NCBI GenBank assembly: GCA_965112735.1
Contig: OZ218962.1
Coordinates: 744,001 to 808,000 of the forward strand
Source: Phaeosaccion multiseriatum
Taxonomy: Eukaryota > Protista > Ochrophyta, other classes
DNA length: 64,000 nucleotides
Direction: 5' to 3'
Notes under the pieces: generated by a model
What the model was told of the DNA's origin: nothing
Database searches by the model: none
Seen by the model: the letters and a program-made list of their open reading frames with translations, nothing else
In this document: in pieces, positions 30,601-43,300 of the stretch
Position numbering within the stretch: position 1 is the stretch's first letter
Layout: every line of letters begins with the position of its first letter
Position numbers and translations under genes: made by a program

Positions 30601-33600
30601 CCGCGGTGGATACGAGATCCGTCTTGCTGAGAAGCTCCTCCCTCTCCTAAGGATTGGAGAGTAGGGACATTTTGGAGTGAAATAAGATGAGTTGTGCAGT
30701 AACAGCGGAGAGAGAGAGGAGGAGGAGGAGGAGGAGGAGGAGGAGGAGGAGGAGGAGGAGGAGGAGGAGGAGGAGGAGGAGGAAGGAGGAGGAAGAAGAG
30801 GGGCACTTCCAATGCCCTTCCGTGATCTCTGCCTCACGCCCACTGACCCCCCTCGCACTTTCACACCCATGCACCCCCACACCCACACGCACCCACGCAC
30901 GCACCCACGCACCCACGCACGCACCCACCTCTCGTGCCGAGTCTCTGTTGCTGCGCGTGAGGCGTATCACCTCCACGGGTGGGATCAGAGGCCCAGCAGC
31001 AGCCGCCGCAGCATCGGCAAGGGCACCGGCCTTGGCTGCTCCCGCCGCCTTGCCTTCCAGCCTCTTGCTGTTGCGGCTGGCTTTCATTGCCTTCTGTGCC
31101 ACATTGGCACTCTTGCCAGCAGGGTTCTTGCCTCCTCCTTGCTTGCCCCCCGCTTCTCCTCCTCCTCCTCCTCCTCCTCCTCCTCCTCCTCCTCCTCCTG
31201 CTGCTGCTGCTCCTCCTTCATCTTCGAGGGGGAGAGTCTCCAGCGCCAACCAGCGGCAGAACTGCTTGAGGTGTTGACACACCTCCAACACGTTGAGGGC
31301 ATATATGTCAGCGTCAGCCCCCCCCGTGTTGCTATTGTACGTAATGCCGTTCTCAAACACGAGCAACAACTTGTTGAAAAACTCTTGCCTATTGCTAATC
31401 CTCTTGGCCAAGAGAAGCGTTTCTAGAGAGCCAAGGTCCATTGGCTCATGAATGGTTCTCGCGTAGTCTTCTGCGATGGTCGGGTAGACTTCCATCACAG
31501 GCTGATGTAGACACAGAGAGGAGGGAGGCAGGGAGGGACGGAGGGGTTAGGGAGAGTGGCCAGGCAACAGCAACAAATACAGGTAGGCAGGCAGGCACAC
31601 AGGCAGCTACGGCCCCCCCCCCCTCCTTTCCCTCTCCCGCCCCCCCCCCAACAACACCATACCAAACCCCAAGCACACGTACCATATGGAAAAAATACTT
31701 GGCGGTCTGTGCGGCCTTCTTGGGGTCCACAAAGTCGTGGCGCATCACCTTGCGCAGCAAATCGTGGCACTCCTTCTCCCAAGGCTGCAGCTCCGACAGC
31801 TGCCGTCGGTGCTTCTCCAGGCCCCATGCCACCCCCTTGGGCGGCACAAACTGGGCCTTGGGTACGATTGGATAATACATCCCGCCCCCACCCCCTGTTC
31901 CCACGCTCTTCCCGCTCATTCTCTTCCCACCACCACCACCTCCTCCTCCTCCTCCTCCTCCTCCTCCCCCACCCCCACCCCCTCCGCCTGGGGTGCTCGG
32001 CGCAGGAGCACTAAACTTGATGCTGACCTTCCGATTGCCCTTTCCGGCCAGGGGCACCACCGTCGTTACCGGCGCTGACGTCAGCAGGCTGCCATCCTGA
32101 CCCTGTCCCTCGCTGCTGTCTCTGTCCTTGGCCGTCCTTGCCACTTTGGACGGTCGAGGAGAAGATCTCGAACCCGAGTCGACCTCTCCCGCCTCCTTCT
32201 CTCCTCGACTGCCATCCTCCGCCGTCTCTCCTCCTCCTCCTTCTTTGGGGAGCTTCCTCTTCCTCTTGTTGGTTGAGGAAGAACCCTTGCTGGCCGCTTT
32301 CCTGCCCCCCGGGGTGTCCCTGCCCCCCAGAGTGTCGACAATCTCACCGTCCTCCATATCATCATCCATGTCTTGAAGCACCCGTTTCCCTCCTCCTCCT
32401 CCTGCTGCTGCTGCTGCTGCTTCTCGTGCTCGTTGATCAAGAACCTCCTCTTGCTTGAGCTGCTGCAGCTGCTGCTGAGTCTTCTCAAAAGCCTCTGCTG
32501 CCCTCCTCTTCTCGCCCTTCTTCTTCTTTACGCCACCCCCCCCGTCTTGGCCAGCCCCTCCCCCACCTCCGCCCTGCTGCTGCTGCTGCTGCTGCCCCTG
32601 TTTGGTACTGAAGTCCGCCAGCTGCAGCTCCCGGAGGAGGCGGTTCGGTGGTTGGTTGGGACACACGCGGGGTAACCTAAACACCACACCCTTGGCGACA
32701 GATGCAGCCGCGGAGGAGGAGGAGAAGATTTTCAATTTCAACTTTGGCCCCCCACTCTTCTTCTTCTTTTGCTCCTCTGCTGGTGCTGACGCTGGTGAGG
32801 GTGCTGCCGCAGCAGCTGGTGATACACCACCCTTCACCGCCGCCGCCGCCGCAGGAACAGTTGGTGATCCGACAGCAGTAGTTGCAGCAGCAACCGTAGC
32901 AGCTGTGCCCTGCGGGCTCGTCTTTGCTCCATTCGCAGCACCGCCACCCTCATCCGACGGTGTCCGTGCATCCACATAGGGCTTGAAGCTGGACCCAGAA
33001 GAGCTGCCGATGCGGGCGTTCCTGGCTCCGTCCGGCGACAGACTGTGGCCGACACCAGCGCCGCTTCCCTCTGCACTGCCCGCATGGCCTTTGCCGTTCT
33101 TCTTACTCCCTCCTCCGCTTCCTCCAGCAGCATCCTTCCTGCTGCCTCCCCCCGGGGTTGTTGACTTGGGCGGGGTGACAGGGGGGGTTCTACTTCTACC
33201 GCTGCCGCTGCCGCCTCCATCAGTGCCAGCGTCGCTCGCCGCCCCCCCTACCTGCTGCTGGAGCAGGCCTTTCTTCACCAAGGACGGAGGAGGAGAAGAA
33301 GCTGCGCCTGAGGCAGCGGTGGGTCCCTCTCCCAACCCCGCGCCCACAGCAGAGCCGGAGCCGAAGACAGCATCGAGGGTTAGAGTGTACGGGGCCCGGA
33401 GCTGCTGAAGAAGCTCTTCGAACATCGCCTTCGACTTGATGATGAGGTCTTTAGCAACTGGGCACAGACCTCTGATGCCTCTGCTCCCTGCCCCTGGCTG
33501 TTGGGTTTCGACGAGAGAGGGGAGAGAGGGAGACGGGGGGGGGGGGGAGGGAGGCAGAGAGAGAGACGGGAGAGAGGGGAGAGAGGGGAGAGAGAGAGAG

Positions 33601-36600
33601 AGGAGGGAGAAAAGAGAGCGTAGCATAGTCAGTAAGTCAGTAAGTCAGTAAGTCAGTAAGGGGGGGTGGGCGAGTGACACGCGAGGTAGACGACGACAGG
33701 CATAAAACACAGCTATAGATTGGAATACCGTGGAATACCGTCACTAACTAGGTCAAGCCAGCACCAAGCCACCACCCGCCCTTGCCCTTGCATTTGGATT
33801 TCAGAACACGTATCGTATACATGGAGAGGCTCGTCCTCTCACAGTGCCTGTCTCACCGTAAGTGCATCTACTCCTTCCTCCCTCTCTCCCTCCCTTCCCT
33901 CCTCCTGACTTCCTGCGCATTTCACCAACAAAAGTCTCCATTGTTCATCCACCCACCCACCCACCAACCTTGTTGTAGGCGAGGCAGTTGTTGAAGATGA
34001 GTTGGACATCAGCGCTGACAGCGTCCAGGTTGTTATAAGAGCCCCTCCCCAGCTTTCCTAGAACCTTCCCCAGATCCATTGGCTTGGACACGAAGCTTGA
34101 ATTGTGTAGTTACAGTCACGAAAAGTCATGAGAAGGAAAAAATGATGTGGGTGAGAAAAGTTAAAAGAAAGATAGAGCAGAGACATCCAGAGCGAGAGAG
34201 AGAGGGGGGGAGACAGGGAGAGAAAACGCCACCCTACCCACAGAGAGCGGTGGTTGAAAGTACCCCTCCCTCCTCGTGAGATCGAGATGGCTACACATCC
34301 TTCTCCCCTGTTCAACGCCGACGTAAGCCTACTCACTTGGCGTAGTCCGCCACCCCCACCACTGGTGCACCGAAGATGGTCCCAACTTGAATTGGGTGCT
34401 CATCAGGAGGGAGCCGGACCTCAACTTCCTTCAGCCTTTTCAACATCTGCGAGGGTGGAGGGGAGGGGATTGAGTGATTGCGTGTATGAGTTGCCATACC
34501 ATGTCATATTACATGTATTCCTCCTCGGCGTGAGGCACAGAGGGAGGGGATCCCCTTGGGGCGGCTTGTGGATGGATGGCTCAGAAAGCAGAGCACTTCC
34601 ATCCCATGTTTCTTTCTCCTCTCCCTTACACTTCCGACTTCAGGCTCAGGTCAAGAAACGCCAAGCCAAGTTACGCCAAGCTAAGCTAAGCCTAGAGAGA
34701 CAAACCAATGCCCCCCTCACTACCTCTCTAACTCGCTCACTAACTCACTATCTACCTCACTCATTCACTCACTAACTCACTCAATCACTCACTCACTACC
34801 TCACTCATTACTACCTCATTACCTCTCAAACTCACTAACTCACTCACCGTGGCAGTCTGCTCCTTCGCGAGGCTCATAAACTTCTTAAACTCCCCAAGCG
34901 CTTTGTCCGTCGCGGCAAGGCTCAACAACCCCATCCTCCTCCTCGACTTCTCATTCGACAGCGGCACGTGCTCCAACTTGAGTCGCTGAGGCGAGGGCCC
35001 CTGCCACTCCCCCCACCGCTTGCTTCCACCCCCTGTCTTGCCCACCCCCGTCGCCCCCCCTACGGCAGTGAGTGTACCGAAGGGGCCGGAGAAGGCTTTG
35101 TCCACTTTGCTGCTGCTGCTGCTGCTGCTGCCTCCGCTCCCCCCGGCTCCACTACCACCGCCACCACCGCTGCTGCTTGCCGCGACGCTGCTGCCGGTCC
35201 TGACACCAGGAACCACCTGCATGGGAGGGGGTGAGGCACCCAACCCAGCACCCCCAATGCTGGTGATGCTGCTACTGCTCGTGGTACTGGCTCTACCTCC
35301 TCCTCCGCCCCCCGCCTTGCCCCCCCCCCCCTTGTGCTTGGAGGAAGAGGAAGTGGTAGAGGAGGAGGAGGGTGGGGGAGAGGCGACGGAGGCCTCCATA
35401 GGCGATACCGTCCTGCTGCCGCCCTTGCTGCCGCTAGCCACGGCCAGGGCACGGGCATTGGAGGGGAAGAACTCCTGCACCTAAGGGGTGGGGGCGAGAG
35501 GGGGGGGGAGGGGAGTCAGACGTCAGTCAGATCACTTTCCTCCCTCTCGCTTATCTTATCCCCTTCGCTTAGATAAAAAAAGTACGAGTACGGAGTACGA
35601 GCAGCCTGAGTACCTACCCTCCTTCCTCCCTCCACTCCCTCCCTCTCTCCCCTCCCTCCCTCCCTCCTCCCTCCCTCCCTCCCTCCACTCCCTCACCAAC
35701 TTAGGCAGCAGCCCCTCCAGATGCTGGGCCGACTCTACAATTCTGGCCGCGCCGACCACTGTCCGGTCTTTATTGAACTTCACGGCGTTCTTGTACACTC
35801 TCTTACTGAGCTGCACGAAGCGCTCGACAGAGGGAGGGGACAGCTCGCCTTCCACTACCATCGTCGTCAGAGTGGCGTGGTCCATGGGCTTCTTGACCTG
35901 TTGGTGATACAGGGAGGGAGATAGAGAGAGAGAGCCGTTCATGACGCACACGCACGCACACACATAATACCACAACCGAGGGAACAGGCGGGGTAAGATG
36001 ACACGGCGATGTCTCTCTTGCCCCTTTCCCCACTCTTCACTACCAGCCTTCACCACAATATATGCCTCTTCGTATCCACTCTCCCACCTATAAAACAGAA
36101 CCTCTCCCTCCCTCCTTCCCTCCCTTCTCCCTCCCTCCCTCCCTCTCTCCCTCGCTTCTCACCCCAGCCCCTCCCTTCCTGCCACTCACCTTTTTGTTGT
36201 ACTCAGCCATGTCCACCCCCAACGGCTCCACCGCCACAGGCTTGGCAAAGAAGCCATCGGGATCTGCCAAAGCAAGGTGTTTCAACACCTCAAGACAGGC
36301 CTCCCACTCGGGCAGGAGCTGCACGCTCTGACGGGGCTTGTGCTTCTCCTCGAACTCTTTCAAGTACGTCACTGCAGCCAAGCGGCAGTTGTCGCTCAGC
36401 GTGTTCGTTTTGGTGTCCTGGTGGTTCATTGGGGAGGGAGGGAGGAGAGGGAGAGAGGGAGGAGAGGGAGAGAGGGAGAGAGGGAGGGAGGGAGGTTGGG
36501 GGGAGGGAGGGAGGTTGGGGGGAGGGAGGGAGGGAGGAAGGCACAGAGGGAGGGAGGGATGGAGGGAGGGAGGAAGGCAAAGAGGGAGGGAGGGAGGGAG

Positions 36601-36943
36601 GGAGGGAGGGAGGGAGAAAGGGAGTGAGGCATAGAAGGAGGGAGGGAGGTTGGGGGAGGAGTGAGGGGTGGTAAGCGAGGGACGAGGGAGGGGCGAACCT
36701 CTCTTTACTCATCTTTTCATCCTCTCCCACAGCCATCCACTGCCATCCTCTCCTCACCTTATTGAACCTCATGGCGTTGGCAAAGAGCCTCCGGACCTCC
36801 CTCACGAACATCTCCACCGAAGTGAAGGGGTTGGTGGTACGCTTCTCCAGCCTCGGCTCAATGTCTTTGAGGCTCGTTGGCTCTGGAACGTACAGGTGGT
36901 AGGCGGGGATGTCACGCTTCTTTACCTGTGTGTATGTCAATGA

Positions 36944-36987
<44 letters not shown>

Positions 36988-39868
36988 ACGTGTGTGTGTG
37001 CGTGCACGCGCGTGTGTATGTGTGTGTGAGTGTGTGTCCGCGTGTGTGAGCGTGTGAGTGTGCGTGTGTGTGTGCGTGTGAACGTGTGTGTGGGTTGGTG
37101 TTCGCGTGTGATTACGTGTGCGTGTGTGTATTTATGTTAGGGGCAGACTCACTCACTCAACAGCTCACTCATCCCCTCATCCCCTGACTCACTCCCTCAT
37201 TCACTCGCTTGCTCCATCCCCTCTCACACTCACAAACTCGTCCCCTTAAGTCACTCACCCACCCACCCCACGCACCCACCCACTCGCTCAACCCCTCACT
37301 CCGTCCCTCAGTGACTTACCTTGACCAGGAACCATCGACCGTTCCTCTCGTCCCTCTTGATAAGAGCCTTGATGGCCTCCTTGGCTTTTCGCTCGGACTC
37401 GGCATCCCAGGGGGTCACCGTCACCTCCGGAGTCATCCGTCCTCCTCCTCCAGCTCCTGCTGCTCCTCCTCCCTCCGCCCTCCCCGCCTTGCCTCCTCCC
37501 CTGCCCGCCCCTTCGCCGTCTCCCGGTGAGCTCTCCAATGAGAAAGCTGGCGACGCCGCCCGCACTGGACTACCACTTGCCGCGCCTAGTGCTCGCATAG
37601 CAGCGCGCGCGGCTGCAGCTGCGCCCTTACCCACGCCAGCACCACCACTAGCCGCCGCAGGGGAGTCCAGAGGCATAGAGGAAGGGGAGGAGCGCTTGGA
37701 GCCGCCGGTCTGTCCACCGCTCTGTCCACCGCTTCGCTTCCCCCCCCCACCGCTACTGCTGCCGCCGCCGCCACTGCTTTTAGACGACGAACTTTGCTTC
37801 GGGGGCGGGGTGGTCACTATTCTCCCTTCACTGGCTGCCCCCACTGTATCACCACCTGCTGCATGTGCCTTCACTGCCGCTGTCGCCAATACCGCTGCTG
37901 CTGCTGCTGCTGCTGCTGCTGCCGCCGCCGCTGCTGCTGCTGCTCCTGTGGCTGATACTGCCGCCTCCTCCTTCTCGTTCTTCTCCTCCTTGTCCTCTTT
38001 CACTGCCACGTCTCGCTCTCCGGCGCCCCCCCCCGGTACTCCAATCTGCCCCTCCTCCTCCTCGTCGTCGTCCTCTTGCTCCCTCCCCCTCTTCTTGTCT
38101 TGCTCCTTGCCCCCCTTCTCGTGAGAGGCACTCGGCAGCGGGGATGATGCCACCACGTCCCTTACCGCCCTTGTATCACCAGCTGCCACAGCTCCTTTCC
38201 TATCCGGTGCCGTCGCCAACACACCGACCGGAGCAGCCGCCGCCCCTGACGCAGGCGAGATTTTGGCGGGAGAAGGCAGAGCCGAGGAGTAGGGACGGGG
38301 GGAGGAGGAGGAGGCAGGGGAGGAGGAGTCCCTACCTCCCGCAGGAGGGGGGGTGGCGCTGCTGCTGCTTGTGCCTGGGCCTGCCCTTCCCTTTGGGGGA
38401 GTTGTTCGGACAGACGAGGGGTGCGCCGCTTTCTTGTCCTTGTCCTGTGCTCTCTGCTGCTCCGTCGGCCTCTCTCTCTCCCTCTCTCTCTCCCTCTCCC
38501 TCTCCCTATCCCTCTCCCTATCCCTATCCCTATCCTTATCCCTTTCCCTCTCCCTTTCCCTCTCCCGCTCCCGCTCGCGCCCCTTCTCGGACGGGCTCGA
38601 AGAGTCTCGGTTCCTCTCCTTCCCAGCAGGCTTGGAGGGCGTCCCCCCCCTTTCTCTCTCTCTCTCGCCCCCGTCCTTGCCTCTTCTTCCCTTGTTGTCA
38701 CCCCCCGCCTGAGGTGACTCCCCCCTTTCGCCCCACCCCCACCCCCTCTCCCTCTCCCGATCCTTCTTGGACTGTGGCGAGGAGCCATAGTCTCCCTTCT
38801 TCCTGCCACTGCTCTCCTCTTCGGTGCTATCGGTGGTTGGCTTAGGGGTCTGTTCTCTCCTCCCCTCCTGCTCCTCGTCATTGGTTGTCCTTGACGATGG
38901 CCTCCTCTCCTGCTTGTTCCTGCTCCGATTATCCCTACTGTCGCTCCTGCTGCGACTGTTGTTATTGCTTCTACTCCGGCTCCTCCCCCCTCCCCCGCCT
39001 TTTCTTCTTCGATCCTTTCCGTGCTGAGGCGACGCCCTACTCCTCCCGATTGACCCGCTACCCCTACTTTTCCTCCCTCCTCCCCCCCCTCCTCCCCGCC
39101 CGTCACTCCTATCAGTGGCGCGCTTGTCTTCCTTCCTCTCTCTGTCGTCCCTCCGCCCTATGGACCCCCTGTCGCGATCCCTATCCCGGGACCTTCCCCT
39201 GCTTTCGCTGTGCGACCTCGGCCTCCTTCTACCCCCTCCCCCTCTCCCACCCCCACTTCTATCTTTGCTCCTGCTTCTGTGCCTTGATTTATACGTGTCG
39301 CCCCCCCGATTTCGACTCACGCTTCGGCTCCTACTCCGGCTCCGACTCCGTCCCCTCCTCTCCTTCCCCCGTCCCCTGCCCTGCCTGTCTCTGTCATTCG
39401 GTTTATTGCCGCGGCTTCGACTCTCGCTCCGGCTCCGACTGCGACTCCTACTCCGGCTCCGACTGCGGCCCCTCCTCTCCTTGCCCCGGCCGTCTCCTCT
39501 CCTGCCCTCGTCCCTGTCGTATTGCTTCCCTCGGTCATTCGCTCTGCTCACAGATTTTACACAAGCCACGCAGTGAGGGATGTGCAGCAGAGGAGAGAGA
39601 ATAAGAGAGAGAGGTTGTGAGCAGGATACCTGTGGGTGAGGGCCCAAGCCTTCGGCCGTCGTAAGAGTCTCCATACTTACTTCCCGCCACCGCTGTATCC
39701 ATCGTTTTTGCTGCCCCTGTCGTCTCGGCCCCTCCCTCCGCTGCTTCTTCCGCTTCCACCTCCACCTCCGTCCCGCTCGCGACTGTCCTTATCTCTGTTT
39801 CGGTCTCTGTCTCTGTCTCTGTCTCTGTCTCTGTCCCTTCCCCTTTGGTTGCCTCCGCGACTACTCAT
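27636..39868 (-). CDS. RS/RD-rich protein with five bromodomains, about 12 exons
   Basis: N-terminal RDRDRD and RSRSRS tracts. Bromodomain signatures: PTSL...FANAMRFN (36758-36925); KPMDH...YKNAVKFN (35697-35897); KPMDL...FNNCLAYN (~33970-34095); EPMDL...FENGITYN (~31335-31500); TPSDL...VTNAVEYN (~30350-30535). C-terminal coiled coil and acidic tail. Confidence 0.9.
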
Positions 39869-40340
39869 CCTTCCTCCTCAAGCACTGCCGCGGCTGGTGG
39901 GCTTTGGCGAGCCTTCTCCACTCCTCTGGAGCACCAGCCAGGATGGTGACCGCAAATCCCGCCGCCCTTGAGGGGCGGTACTTGTAGAGCAATAATGAAC
40001 GAGAAAGAGCGCGGCCAAGTCCGTAGGGGAAAGGAAGGCCTTTCCCCCCCCCTGAAAGCCAGATCCTTCTTCCCCAGCAGCTCCCGGAGAAGCGAGACTG
40101 CAAGGACGGCGGCTCTTGTGAGACTGGTTGGAGAGCTGTGACTGAGAGCGAAAGGCGAAGAACAAAGGCTGTGAAAGGCTCTTGACATCCCCTTATTGTG
40201 TGTGCACCTCGGGGAGTGGGAGAATGTCGATTTTTTGTCGCGATGTCGATTTTTGTTATTCCCGCCCACTGCCATACGTGAAACACACACGATTATCGTT
40301 CGCCAAGGAAATAGTAAGAAGAGGAGTGCGTTGAGGCATC

Positions 40341-43300
40341 ATGTTGGGAGCCAGGAGGATCATAGCGTCTTCCTCGAGATGGCTGCTGGCGAGGCCAAGC
40401 GGCGCGGCGTATCTTAGCGGCAGTGGCGGCTTTTTCTCAGCCGACGAAAGCCCGAGCTTCACCACCAACAGCCGCACAAGCAGCAGAGTAAGGGCCTCCT
40501 ATTGCACGGGTAGCAGCGGGGGGAGCGTCAGGAACCAGAGGCGGTGTCCACCGATTATCAGTAGCAGGAACGACAGTGGTGCCAGCACGTGTCGAAGGGC
40601 CTTCTTCAGCAGCAAGGATGGCAGCGACGACGAGCACGAGGAGGAGGAGGAGGAGGAGGAGGAGGACGACGAAGGGTCGGGGGTTGTGGCGGGCTCGGAC
40701 TCAGACTCCAGTAGCGACGCCGCGGATAGGGAGTTCTTCCAGCAGCAAGCAGCGGCGGCGGCAGCGGCCGTGGGCAACAGCATCCCCTCGGCTTTCTTCG
40801 CACAGGTGTGATACGACCGTGTTGTTCGTTGGGAGAGGGCGGTGGGGCCTCTCATTCTCCCTCCTCTCTCTTCTCTCTCCTTATTCGTTGGAAGCGCTCT
40901 CCCTACCTCTTCTCTCTCCTTGTGCATTGGAAGAGGGGAGGGCTCTCTCTCTCTCTCCTCCCTCCGACCTACCCACCCGTCACACTCTCCCGCTCTCCTT
41001 CCCCCCTCCCCCTCCCACAACACAGGCAAGTGCCCACTATGACCTGGTCGTGGTTGGGTCGGGCCCTGCCGCCCAGAAGTGTGCCCTGGAGTCCGCTCGG
41101 ATGGGCAAGAAAGTTGCCGTGGTGGACAAGGGCTCCATGGTGGGGGGCGTGTGCGTGCACACAGGCACCATCCCCAGCAAGACGTTCAGAGAAGCTTGTC
41201 TACACCTTACGGGATTCCTGCACCAAGGTAAGGAATGGGTATTGGGCACGGATATTGGGTATTGGGTGTACATGACGACAGGGTGTGGGGACTTATCACA
41301 GTCGCAACACGGACCCAACCGAAACCCCTCCCCCCCAGCCACCAGCACCAACACCGACTCAACATCGGCACCCTCCCTCCCTCCCTCCATCCATCCATCC
41401 ATCCATCCATCCATCCATCCATCCATCCATCCATCCATCCATCAATCTCTTCTTTCCCTCCCTCCCTCCCTCCCTCACGCCCTCCCTCCCCTCCTCAAAC
41501 AACAAATACGCCAATCAACACCAAAGGCTTCTACGGCCGTATGAGTGCCATGAAGAAACACATCTCCATGCCTGATATCCTCATGGTGGTACGCAAGGTA
41601 GAGCACGGGGAGACGGCCGTCATCGACGATCAGCTCAGGAGGGAGGGGGTGGACCTCATCTCCGGTGAGGGTCAAGGGGAGGAGAGAGGAGAGGAGAGGG
41701 GAGGGGGGAGGAGAGGGGAGGAGGGTGGAGGTGAGAGGTAAGGGAGGGGTGAGGCAGGCAAAGAGCGAGATAGAGGGAGAACAGCATCAGACACAACCCA
41801 GCACCCCACCGACAAGTCATTCACGGCCCCTTCCCGCTCCCCATCTACCCACCCACCCACCCACCTACCCATCCACCCACCCATCCCAAACCCCCAAAAC
41901 TAGGCACTGCCCGCTTCATCCCCTCCCCCGAGGGCGATCATAAGCGAGTGGTTGTCCTGCGGGATACCAAAGAAGGCGACAAGGAGGAGCGCACCTCTGT
42001 GTACAGACACTTTACAGCTGGTGTACCTGCCATGACCCTGTCCAGTGAAAAGTTTTTGGTGGCGTGTGGCACGCGACCGGCCAGGCCGGATCACATCCCC
42101 TTTGACGGGCAGAGGGTATTCGACTCCGATCAGATTCTCTGGGGAGGAGTGAAGGAAGTGCCGAGGTGCGAAGAGAGGGAGAGAGGAAGGGGTTGTGTGT
42201 GTGCGCGCGTGTGTTTGTCTGTGTGGCTGTGTGTTTGTCTGAGAGAGAGGAGAAAGGCACACAGAGAGGGGAGGTGGGGAGTGTGTGTAAGAGAGAGACA
42301 CAGAGGGAGAGGGTGTGTATATGTGTGAGAGCGAGAGTTACCCTCCTCCCCCCCTCCCCCGCCCCAGAAGGCCTCGCATTGTCCACTTGTGGTTTGTCGT
42401 CCTTGTCGTCCTTGTCGTCCGCCGTCGCCACCCGTTGAATCGACATCTACACTATTTACAAACCCAAAGCTCGCCTGCATATTCACAGCTGGCACTACTC
42501 TCTCCTGATTCCAACGCCTTCTCTCCCTCCTTGCTGTGTGTGTGCGTGCGCCCTTTATCTCCCTCCTTGCTGTGTGTGTGCGTGCGCCCTTTATCTCCCT
42601 CCTTGCTGCTTTGCTTCCCTCGCCCCTCCCTGTACCCACACCCCCACCTGGGTGCACCCCTGCTTGGGGCGGTCTCTACTGTATACAGGGACCTGATCGT
42701 GGTTGGGGCCGGGGTCATCGGAATGGAGTATGCCTCCATGATCAACATCTTGCCTGGGACTACGGGTAAGGGGCGTCGCAAGGAAGACAGAAAGGAACGA
42801 AGGAAGGGAGGCTCACTCACTCACTCACTCACTCACTCACTCACTCACTCACATACTCACATACTCACATATTCACTGATTCACTCATTCACCTGCTCGC
42901 TAGCTCACTCAACTCACCCACCCACTCTCTGTATCTCTCTGCTCCTCTTTTGTGTGGGGAACAGTCACTATTATCGACCCCCGTGATGAAGTGCTCGGAT
43001 TCGCCGATAAGGTACGTACATACGTACTTGCGTACTTGCGTACGTCAAAAGTCAGCTTGGTGGGCTGTGCGTGGGCTGTGTGTGGGTGCGTGCGTGTGTG
43101 CCAGCTCTTCTCTACCATACCAAGGGATGGCAGTTGATGGGGAGGCCATAGGTGGGACGCCCACACTCACTCACACACACGCACACACTCACTCACTCAC
43201 TCTCACGCACACACACGCACACACTCACTCACATACACGCACACACTCGCTCACACACACACACTCACACACGCACACTTTCATTGACATACACAGGAAG

